From NCBI RefSeq assembly GCF_004010195.1, contig NC_057718.1:47429535-47456966 (forward strand): 27,432 nt of DNA. The letters run 5' to 3'. The position numbers and the translations under genes were made by a program. This DNA is from Chiloscyllium plagiosum. Taxonomy: Eukaryota. Shown here one piece after another: positions 1 to 12,134 of this stretch; positions within the stretch are counted from its first letter, which is position 1; every line of letters starts with the position of its first letter. The notes beneath the pieces are model-generated. The model was not told where the DNA came from. It ran no database searches and saw only the letters and a list, made by a program, of their open reading frames with translations.

Positions 1-21
1 GGATGAGCAACAAATACTAGT

Positions 22-138
22 CTATACCAGTGATGAAGGAACGAATAAAAAATAACTTGAAATTTGCAATATATGTTCACAGGTGAAGCACAAAAGCAAT
101 TTGTGTCTCCAGATGTCTGCCTCAGCATGACTTAGCAC
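22..138 (-). other. Candidate exon of an unidentified host gene (minus strand)
   Basis: Strong acceptor on minus: ttttatttcctttttctttcccAG (AG at 140-139). Only phase 0 is open: VLSHAEADIWRHKLLLCFTCEHILQISSYFLFVPSSLV*. No strong donor and the peptide is not recognised. Confidence 0.25.
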
Positions 139-724
139 CTGGGAAAGAAAAAGGAAATAAAACATATTACTAGGCGATTCTTTAGGAAGAAGTGGTTGAG
201 TGTGACAAAAGACAAGTGCTCTATTCATTCCTTTCCAAGAAAGCTTTCTCAATAAAATTAAAGCAGCAAAATGACTTTTTACTATCCAGCTGAATTTTTG
301 ATATGGACAAGTTAGCCTGAAATGTTGTTTTTAAAAAACACAGGTACTCAATGAAGCACTGTGCAGGAAAGCAGACAAGGCAGCTTTTTGGTCTTAAACA
401 AAATATGTTTGCTTTCACTTTGGCTGTGTATTAAATCAGCATCTAGTAAGTCAGTCTTTATCTGAAAGCACTGAAATATTTGACCATTAGATGTAAATCA
501 ATGGAACACTCTCTCATTTTATTCCACTTTTAATCCAAAGACTGCTTTTAAACAAAAGGTAAAAAGAATTAGTTGGTCAATGATTTATAAAACGAACGTT
601 CACCTTGAATATGCTGATTGTGGGTTGAGAGTTAAATGCTTGTCTGTTTATAAATGTCTGGAATATGGTATAGAATGATTCCCAGTAGATACAATGATAC
701 ATACTTGTTAATAATGACATTTTT

Positions 725-1075
725 AGAAGTTCATTCTTGGTATGAGTCTTGCGAGCAAGGTCACCATTCATTGTGCACCTCTATCTTTAGCAGGTAGTGA
801 TGGGCTGTCTTTGTGAATTGCTGAGTTTTCATATAAATGAAGATGTTGCTAGTCCATTTTTAGAGGGCAATTAAAATTTAAAATAAAAAAAATAAGTGTG
901 TGTGTGTCTGGGATTAGAGGCAAATATATGCAAAATTAAGTGAGGACTCCTTCCCTAACATAATCCAGTTAGATTTTTACTACAAGCCAGTTATCTGTTT
1001 TCCAATTTTAAAACATTGAATTACAATTCTAAATTGCTGTAGTGAGATTTCCTAAGATGTTAGACCAAGCCTGTC
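725..1075 (-). mobile_element. Old tRNA-derived SINE relic (same family as 3680-4005)
   Basis: The reverse complement matches segments of the 3680-4005 and 5267-5475 copies, e.g. ccttccctaa at 949-958 = rc of ttagggaagg at ~5304. A tail-like segment is at 725-825. Heavily diverged. Confidence 0.55.
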
Positions 1076-1274
1076 ATACACAAATTAAGTTTACAAATAA
1101 AAATTAACAACAGTTTGTGTATTCTATAGTGATTCATTGAGTAAAATGTTTTGATGTATTACTGTGACGTAATTGCATTTTATTAATAAGTGCACTTGCT
1201 TTGTATTTTCATTTCACCAGTTTCACTGGTTCTCCTAATGATATCTCAATGTTAATTAATAGCTGTGATTGCTC

Positions 1275-1420
1275 TGTCGACCATCACTACCAACAAAAAC
1301 AAGGATGGCAGGTGCAAATCATGCACCACCTGATTTGGAAATAGATGATAATGTTTTCATGGCCATTTGCTGAAGACCCTAGAACTGCCACCAAATGAAA
1401 GCATCATGCCCATGTGAATT
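1275..1420 (+). mobile_element. Very degraded 3' fragment of the LINE family seen at 4490-4990
   Basis: Colinear weak similarity to 4715-4860 (acaaggatggcaggtgc...cacctgatttggaaatagat...ccctagaactgcc). Confidence 0.35.
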
Positions 1421-2174
1421 TCAGCTGTGCTGTCCTAGCTGTCCAACTCTCTTGAACAAATTTTTTAAAAGCCCTGATGTGCTGAAGTTCAATTATTAGT
1501 CAGAAGAAAATCTATGGAGATGAAAACTGCCCTTTTTTTATTGCAGAGTTTGCTTTCACCAAAGCATTTCAAGACAGCAAATCTTGTTTAGTTTGGTTCA
1601 GTAATTCGTTTAAATAGTTTATGGTTACATTGGGAGTGATTTCTTATAATTTACAAAAAGCTGCTTGTTTATCTGTAATGAATTTATGTCGCATTAGTTG
1701 AAAGATGTATACTTTATGAAGTTTCAAGGGCAAAATGTGTTTTGTTTAGTTTATGATATGAAATTAGCCTTGTTTTGTCCATGTACATAACATATTAATG
1801 CATATATGAATTTAACATTATCAATCTGAATGTTAAGATTTTTTTTTAAAAATCCAATTGAAGATGTATGAAAAGTAATCAATCCATTATAGAATTTCAT
1901 TATTATTTCTAAGTCTTTTCTGTACTTTTTCTGCTTGGCAAATATTTCTACATCCAACCTCCTATTGTAAAAGATTTATTAATGTTCCAGTTTATAAAAT
2001 CTGTGGGTTTAATTTCCAGCATTCTAATGCAATCTAGGCAGCAATAGTTCAAAATTATTTTTCATGCAATAAACAGATGAATTCAAATGGAGTAATTATT
2101 ATTCCTTGATAAACATTTTCAGAGCTTCCGAGAACCACAGCCAAAGTTACAAGAGAAAATATTCTTGTGAAATC

Positions 2175-2192
2175 ATATATATATATATATAT
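2175..2192. repeat. (AT)9 microsatellite
   Basis: Direct reading. Confidence 0.9.
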
Positions 2193-2606
2193 TCTACGGC
2201 AAAATATTTTATCAGGAAATACTGAAACTGGGTCATTTGTAGGCACTCAATTAACCAGCAATCGAAATAAAGAAGCAATTATATCAGATAATTGTCTTTA
2301 ATAAAAGATATAGATTTATCTCTCCAAAACCTTGCATCTAGTGACTATCCCTTGATCCTCCATCCGTGTAATAATTATACAGATGGTACTCTTTTTATGC
2401 CAATAATTATCACTGAAAATTCTTGAGCAAACATTTTAATGGAAATCATATGTCAATGTTTAGAATGTTAAAACTCTATCTGAACGTATGTACAGTTTGT
2501 TGTCTTGGTGAATTAATGAACCAATCAAATCATTCAAAAAGTTTCTGAAAACATGTTCTTTCCATTAACTGAAATTTCTTGAGGTTAGTAGTGTGGCATA
2601 AAGCTT

Positions 2607-3640
2607 CATAGAATAATAGAATCATAGAATTTTACAGAAGAGGCTATTCAATCTGTTGAGTCTGTATCGACTCCCAAAAGAGCTACCCAGCTAGTCCCAT
2701 TCTTACTCCTATCTCCATAGCCCTCACCTTTCAGATATATATCTACTTCTCTTTGAAACCTCTTGTGGAATCCACCCCCACCACTCTCCCAGGCAACGCA
2801 TTCCAAATCCTAACAACTGTGAGTAAGTTTCTCCTCATCTCACACCTAGCTTTCTTGTTGACAACCTTGAAATTGTGACCCCTCGTTACTAACACATCAA
2901 CTACTGAAAACAGAATATCCTTCTTTACCTTGTCAGAATTGTTCATAATTTTGAACACCTCCTCTTATCCAAGGAGAATATGTCCAATATCTCTAATCTC
3001 TCCATATATCTAAAATTCATTATTCCATGTATCATTCTAGCAAATCTCATTTGCTTTCTCTCCAGGGCTTCACCATTCTTTCTTAAATAAGTTGTGCCCA
3101 GAACTCTTGCAATACTCCAAGTGTGGTCTGACCAACAATTTGTAGAAGTGTAGCATCATTTCCTCGCTTCAATACTCTATGCCTCCAATTAAAAACCCAA
3201 GGATTCTACAAGCCTTCTTAACTGTTTCAACATATCTGGCCACCTTCAGAGAATCATGCAAATGAACCCCACTCCCAAAGTTATACCAGGAGAAAGTGAG
3301 GACTGCAGTGCTCGAGATCAGAATTGAGAGTGTGGCTGGAAAAGCACAGCCAGTTAGGCAGCACCCAAGGAGCAGGAGAATCGACGCCTTGAGCATAAGC
3401 CCTTCATCAGGAATGAGGGCCTGACCGGCTGTGCTTTTCCAGCACCATGCTCTCAATTCAAAGTTATGTTATGTATTTTCTTTCTATGTTTCTTCTACCG
3501 AAACGTATTAGTGGGCATTTCCCCGTATTGAAATTCATGTGCCAGGTGTCAGCCCATTTGGTCAACTTGTCAATGTCACTCTGAAGTCACTCGTCATTGT
3601 CACAATTCTCCCTAGTTTAGTATTATCTGCAAATTTAATG
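2607..3640 (-). mobile_element. 5'-truncated CR1 LINE (RT C-terminus, 3' UTR, tail), interrupted by an insertion at 3285-3458
   Basis: Minus-strand translation gives KFADNTKLG (~3635-3610, the CR1 FADDTKL motif), VKKACRILGFL and TRGHNFK...VVRIWNALP. Tail catagaataatagaatcatagaat (2607-2630) = rc of (ATTCTATG)-like repeats. Frameshifts and stops are present. Confidence 0.92.
3285..3458 (-). mobile_element. Short fold-back Penelope-like (pLTR-derived) insertion, family A, with a decayed hammerhead core
   Basis: Flanked by exact caaagttat at 3276-3284 and 3459-3467. Partial inverted arms (gctggaaaagcacagcc / ggctgtgcttttccagc). Minus strand reads CTGATGA-A-GGGC-ttat-GCTC-aagg-CGTC (GAAA mutated). 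Homologous to 13870-14087 and 27329-27432. Confidence 0.8.
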
Positions 3641-3679
3641 ATAATCCTAGGAGAACACCACTTTCAACTTGTCTCCAAT

Positions 3680-4005
3680 TACTTGGACTAACAATCTGTA
3701 AATGCAAGTTCAATTCCTACAATGGTAGCTACGGAATTAAAATTAAGTTAATTAAATAAATCTGGAATCTTAAAAAAAAACTACATTTGTAACAGTGACC
3801 ATGCAGCTACCAGATTGCTGTAAAAGCCAATATTTACTAAAGTCCTTTAGAAAGGAAATCTACTGTCCTTAGCTTCTTTGCTATATGTGACTCCAGACTC
3901 CACGTCAAAGTGGTTGATTCTTAATCTAATTCGTGAGCCAGTCATGTTCAAAAAAGCAGCTCACCATCATTCCAAAACACAAGGGCAATTACTGATCAAA
4001 CATTA
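3680..4005 (+). mobile_element. tRNA-derived SINE relic with LINE-derived 3' tail
   Basis: B-box-like gttcaattcc at 3708-3717. The body is similar to the 5267-5475 and 725-1075 copies. Tail cagctcacca (3957-3966)...gggcaatta matches the LINE end at 4907-4916. Confidence 0.7.
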
Positions 4006-4489
4006 AGGTGAATTTTTAAAATCCTGGAATTTGAGTATATTTTGGAAAAAAAAATACAGATCTGCACAATGTGGCAACTGTCTATGTATTTTATTTCCAA
4101 CTCAAACAGCTCATTGCTTAGCATGGTTTTTAATTGAATAATCACATATAGCTTCTAATCCATTACTTGCCAACCTCTTTGTCTGAAACTGCTATAAATT
4201 GTTATTTCATCCAAATGGAAAAGACTGATTGGCAATATCTGATTCACCCTTGAGATTTGCAACAGTGTTCATTTCTGCATCAAAGTTCATACAATTACAA
4301 ATTTGTATTTCTTTTGATGTACTACAAGATAGGGTAGTCTTTGTTATTTGTATAATTCTGTGTTTCTAATCAATATCTCAGGCAAATCACACATCCCGGA
4401 TAAGCTTTACCCAACATGTGATTATGTTTACCAAATAAATGTGTGTATTTTTAACACGTTCCTTAACCCAATGCCTTAAAGTCCTCAGC

Positions 4490-4990
4490 TCCTTCCACAA
4501 GCTAGGCTTACGTATGGCAATTTTGTCCACCACAGTGACTCAAAAAATTATACCATCTAAAGCAAAGCAGCTCATTTGTATGGCACCTGATCCACCACCT
4601 TCATCTTTATTTCCCCCCACTGCCACATTGGCAGTAGTGTGTAAGATCGACAAGATGCACTATAGCAACTCACTTGGCTCTTTGAAAGCACCTTGCAAAT
4701 CTATGATCTGTAATACAGAGAACGGGCAAGAGCAGATGATTCATGACAATATTACTACCTTTTAACTTCACTGTAAGCCATACACCATCCTGATTTAAAA
4801 CTATGTTGCCATTCCTTCACTATCATTTGGTCAAAATCCTGGAATTCTCTTCCTAACAACATTGTGGGTTTACCTACACCCAAAAGACTACAGCAGCTCA
4901 GGAAGACAGCTCACCACCACCTTCTCTCGGGCACAGGGTGGACAATAAATGCTGGGTCAGCCAATGAGACTCGTGATGCATGAATAAATG
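4490..4990 (+). mobile_element. 3' end of a CR1-group (L2/Crack-like) LINE, degenerate
   Basis: Encodes KSWNSLP (WNSLP at 4840-4854) and RKTAHHHLL, typical of CR1-group ORF2 C-termini, followed by caataaatgctgg and a tgaataaa tail. Confidence 0.8.
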
Positions 4991-5033
4991 ATTTTAAAAA
5001 TTGCAAGCAGATCTTGTGTTGTAAACATGTTTA

Positions 5034-5034
<1 letters not shown>

Positions 5035-5088
<54 letters not shown>
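5035..5088. repeat. Perfect (TA)27 microsatellite
   Basis: Direct reading, 54 bp uninterrupted. Confidence 0.98.
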
Positions 5089-5092
<4 letters not shown>

Positions 5093-5266
5093 TTATCTGG
5101 ATGCATCAGTCGCATTTAACTGGCCAAATGATTAAATATTTATTTCTAGTCCTGAATAAAATCTATGTTTTTCCTCCGAGTTATTTAAATGGAAAAAAAT
5201 ATTTAAACTGTTAATTCTGGAGTCAGTAAATAAATAAAAGGTACTTTGACTAAAGATTTACACTCA

Positions 5267-5475
5267 GGATTGTTATAACAATCCAACTAGCCATAAAGGT
5301 TCTTTAGGGAAGGAGGTTTTCCCAAGTTACCTATATGATTCTAACCTCACATCAATGCAGTTGAACATTTCTGTCTCTGAAGTGGCTTAGTGAACCATTT
5401 AGTTGTGTCAAATGACTCATCCAATAAGAGATGGAGAATAAATGCCATCCTTGCAAGCACAGCTCACAGCCAAAT
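5267..5475 (+). mobile_element. 3' half of the same SINE family as 3680-4005
   Basis: ggattgttataac...ctttagggaagga...ctatatgattcta parallels 3812-3900 and ends in aataaatgcc...gctcaca, as does the LINE tail at 4944-4975. Confidence 0.6.
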
Positions 5476-5627
5476 TTGTTTTTTTAAGTCCTAATATCAA
5501 TTTTTCCAAACCCAGGAAAATTCTCAACAACTGTGTTGTTCAATTTCAGCATTATTGGTTGCCCTGTACTGTTATCAGACGAAGCAATGTAGTTAAACTC
5601 CACTCCAAGTATGGCTTAAATACCAGG

Positions 5628-6430
5628 TGTTATGACCAGTGGAAGGGTTCCCCTCTTTTTAACCCCTCTCCGTGGGTTGCAACAAATATTTGTATTTCTT
5701 TTTAACATGCAGTTGCCACACCTCACTTAATATTTAGCTAAATAGAAAATGAAGGAGAAATTATTCGGGTTTCCTTGAGTGAAAGGAAAGACTTTTATTA
5801 CCTGACAACCCTGAGAAAAATTAACAAATGTCTGATATCAAGGACACACACAAACATGCATAATAAGTTTAAAGGGTTGGTGTCTGGTATAGACAGAGAG
5901 AAATACAATTACACTACTCAAACCTTATTAGAGTATTTCAAGTGTTAAATTTTAAACCTCTGACTACAGTTTAATTCATATCCACAGCAGCAGCAGAATC
6001 TGTAGATCTTTGATTTCTCCATGAATGGCTGTTTCCTCAAGATGTTTTTTCATTGGTGTTGTTTCCAAGATGATAAGAGAAACAGCAGGGAGAGTTCCAG
6101 CGCTTGGTGTCACAGTTCACTTTTCCTTCGTTCCTTCTGCTACTCAAAAGCAACTGTGGAAATAAAGAACAGTGTATATTCTAGAGTCTAACTCCATTGT
6201 CTTTCCAAGAATGTTAACCACAACGTAAACCTTTCATCTACCAATACATGAAATTATTATACATGTGTGAATTAAATAAGAGGTATGGATCCCGTGATGC
6301 TGGCTTAGTTGCCTGGTTTCAATGTCTTGAGACAAAACTGTTAATTTCAAAGTGGGCAGCTTAGTTTGTTCCACACTGGTCTCCCAAAGCTTGCCTTAGT
6401 CTGTGGCCAGGTGACCACTGCAGTCATTTT
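5628..6430. mobile_element. Possible LTR-like relic (probably reverse orientation)
   Basis: Starts TGTTA (rc ...TAACA) and has tttatt (rc AATAAA) ~165 bp inside, as expected for the U5/R end of an inverted LTR. The other end and a TSD were not found. Confidence 0.25.
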
Positions 6431-6440
6431 CGTTTGGGAA

Positions 6441-6505
6441 CATGATCGGCATAGACTCATTGGACCAAAGGGTCTGCTTTCATACTGTATGACTTTATGA
6501 CTCTA
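6441..6505 (+). mobile_element. CR1 3' terminal fragment
   Basis: ggaccaaagggtctgctttcatactgtatgactttatgactcta matches the CR1 end at 24478-24527. Confidence 0.8.
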
Positions 6506-8414
6506 AAACTAACAGAAATATCATAATCCAAACTAAATCAACATTTTGTTGTATGTACAGACCTTTAAAACTGATGGGGAATACATTAAATATATTGGTA
6601 AAGATATTTAATAAAATAAAAGCCAATCATTAAAAGATTTCACACAACAATGGATGAAGTAATTGAATTTGATCCCCAAAGCATTAATGAGAATTACAGA
6701 ATACCTATTTAATAAGAATGTAATTTGACTTACTTAGTTACTATAAATTAGTTATGACATTATTCTCTCCATGGCAGAAACTCCTATTATTATAAAATAG
6801 TATAAGCTCAGACTCACAGTGAGCAATCTCTGGGGGGATATTACTGTCGTACTCACATTAGAAGTGTTGGAATATTTTTTATTGTTCCTGAGTTTAAAAA
6901 AAGCACAGCAATCAGGGACATCTTCACAATGCTATTACTAAAAGTGAAGTTCTGTCTAAACCAGTTGAATTGCATTTTGTTTATTTTTGTTACTATAATT
7001 AGTGGCCACACAAATATGTACATACACTATTTTTGTAATATGGGTAACTGAATACAGTACCGAGGTCCATACATGGCATTCTTAGTGTGTACCATCAGTG
7101 TGTTTTCTGATTGGTTAGTGGTGATATTAATAGGGACAAGTAGCAAGAAACTGTATCTAGGTAACCACAATACACAAATACATACAAATGTGAGCTGGCA
7201 CATGTGTGCTTAGATACACATGTTTAAATGAGCAGTCCAAGTTCGAAACAATGTACAATTAATAAACAGAATATTGTTTAAATTTCCACTGCACCAAAGA
7301 ACAAGTTTTGAAATTAACATTTTTCAGTAGAGTCATACCTAACTGGTAACTTCTAATTATCAAATGATAACATCAGAAACTTACTTATAATTGTCATTTG
7401 GTAATACAGAATTGAGTATTACTTTATTTTGATATTTGTTATGGATTAGCCTGATTAGACCAAAATGAAAAGATTCGACAAAATGTGTATGATTTTCCGC
7501 AATATTCAAAACCTGCTTCTAATAACCTATGAGACAATTATGGTTGATTCTATAATAGAAAATAACAAATGCTGGAGATCACAGTGGGTCAGATAATGGC
7601 TGAATATTACAGCACTAATATTAACAGGATGTTCTCAATAACTACTTTTCATAATCAGCATTAAGTGCATATCTTAGATATGTAGTGTTTGGGCATCTTG
7701 ATAATAGGACAGAGGAATATCAGAGATGCAGAAAAGGATGTCTGGCATGAATTAGGAAAGCTTCCAATAGGGACAGATCACATCAGAAAGTCTTCATTGC
7801 AAATAATAATAGTTGAAATATGTTTTAGTAAAATTCAAAGTTAAATCTTGTCTATACTGCTCTTTTTTTATTTGCTAGTAACATAGAGCAAGCCAAATAC
7901 CAATATCTATATCAGATATAAGGCTGAGGCTTCTGGTGTAATACTCTGGATACTTAGTAAGATGCCTTTGAACCTCTTTTGAGACCAATGTTCTTTATAT
8001 GCTCCAAAGTCTGATTATATGCTGCAATTACATGTTGAGGATGTTTTTAATCTTTTTATCTGAAGAAAGGAGCAGGATCGATCACAATTAGTTCTGAGAT
8101 CATTTCTGATTAGCCACTGTTTGGAGGAAGATTTGCTCCTTCAGGTTGTACAATTATGTCCTTTATAATTAAACCTTAAGTATATTTTAGTTTCTCCATA
8201 CATTATGCCATCAATCTTTGAGAGTGAGGGAGACCAATAAAAAGCTTCAGGCTTTAGATTTGAGAGAAGATGTGATAAGTTGGTCAAGTCCAGAATGGCG
8301 TATTCTTGCTGATGGGGCAAAATTAACATCGCTTGGAAAAATCTGAATTAATTAAATAAAACAGCAGGGGCAAATTTTGTGTTTAGCTAATTTTATTTGA
8401 GATTTTCAATTAAA

Positions 8415-9560
8415 ATCAGAGAGAGTTGCGCAGCTGTTGTGATATACATGGACTTCCAAAAGACTTGCGTTAAAATGTCAAGCAACAGGTTTGACAGAAA
8501 TGTTGAAGCTCATGGAATATAAAGAGCAGAAGGAGCTTTTGTAGTGGTAATGCCCCTACTTCTGGTTCGGGTTCCACCTGCTCCAGTGATGTGTAATAAC
8601 ATCTCTGAACAAGTTGATTAGAAAATATACAAAGGGCAGAGGCATCATGAATATAAAATTAGCCCTGGGAAATAACACAGAGTGGCGGTGAAAAACTGTT
8701 TTCCATGCTCAAGGTGTGGTTCCTCAGGGGTCTGCTTTTTCAATCAATTTAAGTGACTTAGACAAGGGGTGGGCAGTTAACAATGAAATGGGTTGACACA
8801 TGGCAGATTAAATTTAACACAGAAATGTGAAGTGATGGATTTCAGTAGGAAGAAGGGGGAGCAGCAACATAAAATAAAGGATTTAATTCTTAAGATATTG
8901 CAGGAACATAAGAACCTGGGGTTTTATGTACACAAGTTTGTAAGGTGATGGGGCCAATTATGTAAGCAAATAAAACATATGGAATTATGGGGTTTATATA
9001 TAGCACAAAATACAAAAGTGAAACAATGATGGTGGTCCTGTATAAAACATTAATTCAACCTCAATAGGAGCGTTGAATCCAGTTGTTTGTATTACACATT
9101 GACAAGCATGTAAAGGCTTTGGAGAGGGTGAAGGAAATTTATGAAAATGGCCTCAGGATGAGAAACTTCAGTTAAAAAGTTAGTTTAGTGAGGCTGGGGC
9201 GGGTAGCTTTAGGAAAGAGAAATTTGAGATGAGATTTATTGAGGTTTTCAAAATTGTGAGGAGTCCAGGCACCGTAGAAACTGTCCTTACTGGTGTAAGG
9301 GTGAAGAACCAGAGGACACCAATTTAAAATGAATGGCAAGAGAACCAGAGGCAGCATGTGGGACGCTTTTTACACAGTGTGAAATGTACTGCCTGAGCGT
9401 GTGGTAGGATCAAATTCTACTGTGGGCTTTGTAAGGGAACTGGATATTTATCTAAAGATGGAGGAAAAACAACGGTATGGAACTAGTTGAGTAACTCTTA
9501 GAGATCCATCACAGACAGGTTGGACTGAATGGTCTTTCTCTGTGATGTTACTATTCCATA
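8415..9560 (+). mobile_element. Old 5'-truncated CR1 LINE relic interrupted by a short SINE
   Basis: Decayed YMDFQK (~8446-8462), GVVPQGS-like (~8714), WQIKFNTEK (~8801), RTRGHQFK (~9305) and a CR1 3' UTR ggactgaatggtctttctctgtg. Many indels. Confidence 0.85.
8531..8626 (+). mobile_element. ~96-bp tRNA-derived mini-SINE with TSD
   Basis: Flanked by atataaagagcaga (8517-8530) and atacaaagggcaga (8627-8640), 12/14 identical. A-box-like tgtagtggta and B-box-like ggttcgggttcc. Removing it rejoins the host CR1. Confidence 0.7.
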
Positions 9561-10228
9561 CAGCAGTTGCATTCTGTGGAGACTCCATATTCATAGCCCA
9601 GTGTGGCAATAGTGTGATACTTGTAAGCCACAGATAACTCAGGAGTTGATGTAAATAAAAATGTACTGTTTATTAATCACACAGTAAAGTTCAGCTGAAA
9701 AACAATGGATTTGATGCACACACTTGATAGTAATGCTAGACAGCATTACTCCATTGTACAGTACATCAGCATGAATGCTGCCATACAGACAGTTTGAGTA
9801 TCTGTTCCCATGTGGGTTTGACAAGTTTCTGTATCATGTTGATGCTACATTTTAGTTTCTTTCCAAGATTCTGGAAGTTCTGTCGCTAAAATAGGATATC
9901 ATTGCAAGTCACTCCCAATTAGGAGAAATCATGCATCACAAAAGGAGACTTTTGGGACTTTGTTTGCTTGAAGCTTCCATACATTCCTATATACCTTCAA
10001 CATCACAAGCTGCACGTTTTTTAATTGGTCCGGAAGCCTGTGTTTAAGACACTACCTGTACCTGTTATGTCAAGATTTTTTATTTCTATGTTATCCTACA
10101 TAATGAATCATTAAAGCCAGGATAGTCTTTATGAAATTTGCATAAGTTTAAACCGCTTGGATGACAACTAAAATATTTTTTTTTAATTTGGAAATGCCAT
10201 ACACTTTAATGTATTGTGAAGTTACTTG

Positions 10229-10258
10229 TAACACATATTACAATAACACATGTTACAA
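10229..10258. repeat. 15-bp tandem duplication
   Basis: taacacatattacaa / taacacatgttacaa (1 mismatch). Confidence 0.85.
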
Positions 10259-10334
10259 TTCATTACTTTTGTGTCATTGGAATGACTTTGCAGTTATAGT
10301 GGGGAGTTACAGACTGAAAGGTGAAGCATCTTAC

Positions 10335-10362
10335 CTGTTTCCTTTCTCAGTTCTTCAGTTAA
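10335..10362 (-). other. Candidate 28-nt micro-exon (LTEELRKET + G), host gene unknown
   Basis: Minus strand: ttgctttcctcatgtttccAG | TTAACTGAAGAACTGAGAAAGGAAACAG | GTaaga. Both splice sites are near consensus, only phase 0 is open, and the exon is purine-rich (GAAGAA, ESE-like). Lies in repeat-free DNA. Confidence 0.45.
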
Positions 10363-10945
10363 CTGGAAACATGAGGAAAGCAAATTAAAAACCTTTCAAT
10401 TTCAATACTTGAACCAGGGGAATTCAATCTTCATATCCAATCCTTTGTGTTGTCCCTTGAGTGTAGTGGTGGCTGCATTACTCCTGCAGTACTAAATTAA
10501 AAAGTAAAAGGCAAGAAATATCATTTTTAACTTCAGCATTTGATCTAAGGTTCATACTGTTTGGTGAACTATCCTTTCAGTATTTACTTACACATTTTTA
10601 AAACTTCCCGCTTTGCAATGACATTTCAAAACCCATTTGGAACATTTGGCACAGTGGAAAGATGACTTAATTTTTGTAACAATGGTTTAAAAAACACAGC
10701 CAGAACAATATGGTGATAAGAAGTGGATTTATTTATTTTAGCTAGTAAAGATGTAATATTGACTCCAATATGATAATTTTCCTGGTATTGTCTTAATTTT
10801 AATCTATTTCAGCCAGGTGGTTTGAATACTCTCACTTGTGGGTATTCATGTAAGACCCTCAAAACATATTTCAGAAAAGCTGCTGGAAAATCCCAACTAA
10901 TCTTAACCACTGCCAAGAAAAATGATCATTAATGAATGACCTCAG

Positions 10946-11170
10946 TTGATTGATTCATTGTTGTCAGATGTACCGAGATACAGTGAAAATTATTGTTTTG
11001 TGTGCTATACAGGCAGAGTGTACCATACAAAGTGCATCAGGGTAGCAGAACAGAGTGTAGAATACAGTGTTACAGCCACAGGGAAAGTGCAGAGAGAGAG
11101 AGAGAGATCGGAATTAACATTTGAGAGGTCTGATAACAGAGAAGCTGTTCTTGAATCTCCTGCCCCCATT
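10946..11170 (-). mobile_element. Rex1/Babar LINE 3' end fragment
   Basis: High similarity to 18722-18915 (e.g. tgctatacaggcaga...taccatacaaagtgcat.agggtagcagaacagagtg), which is attached to Rex1-type ORF sequence. Includes a (GA)n run at ~11091-11107. Confidence 0.85.
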
Positions 11171-11975
11171 GATGACCTTTCAGATTTGCCACATGGTAGT
11201 TGATTCCCAGTTCTGTTCACTTATCAAAAAAAAAGTCAAGGATCCAAAACACTTCTTGGAACAAGAAAATTACTATTTTGAAACATGTTTCCATTACACA
11301 TGGGAAGAATCAAAATAATTTCTTCCAGGTGCCGGATTGGAATTTCTCCTCATTTACTACAATGGCTGGAATATTTCAACATAAATTTTCAAAAATGTTC
11401 TGAACATAATACTAATGTTGCCAGGCATTTGACTGAATCATCTCTCATAGGACCAGGGATTCCCACTATACTAAATGGACTTTTAACTCCAGGTAAATAC
11501 ATGCACAACACAGCTAGCCATTAATTGGCAGATGATAGTGAGCTTCCAGCAGTCAAAGGTTTGTGTGTGCAGGATATTAGGCAAGTGCTATTTTACAAAG
11601 CGGTGTGCATCTGTATGTTAAGTGCCAATCTGATGCCAAAGTTTAGTAAAATGATGTAAAACTCCAAATGAGCATATACTATGTTTATATGACTATAAGG
11701 AGAGAGTGGCTACATCCTGCTCTCCAGCATTAAAATTTATTTGCCAGGAGAATAAAATTTGGGGTGCATGATTAATATGGAAGGGTTGAATCCTTTTTCA
11801 AGAGTATCTTTACTGCAATCTACAATTTAGCAGAATAACTGCCATCAGTGAGGTATGCAAGCATTTCCCAAATAACAGTCTTGGACAGATTTCCATAACT
11901 CTGAATTTTGTAATACCTTGCAGTACATGTTCCTGAACAGCTATTGTTCATGTGGATCTGCTCAAATTAAATGCC

Positions 11976-11991
11976 TATATATATATATATA
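11976..11991. repeat. (TA)8 microsatellite
   Basis: Direct reading. Confidence 0.9.
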
Positions 11992-12134
11992 CAGCAAGGA
12001 ATAGCAGTGAATGTGATTACTAACCTTATAAGGCAAGTATTGGGTCAATGAGAAACAATTATCAATGAGGCATAACTAGTAATGTGATCCTTCTCATTAA
12101 GTTAAAAGTCAGAACAGATTAACAGGATCCCACA

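Noticed and set aside
1530..2170. Plus-strand acceptor-like sites at ~1547 and ~2123
   Set aside because: No convincing donors. Frames end in stops or run into an (AT)n repeat.
7558..7595. Short match to Penelope-type terminus (atgctggagatca...ggtcag)
   Set aside because: Under 40 bp, with no second arm, hammerhead or TSD. Too little to call.
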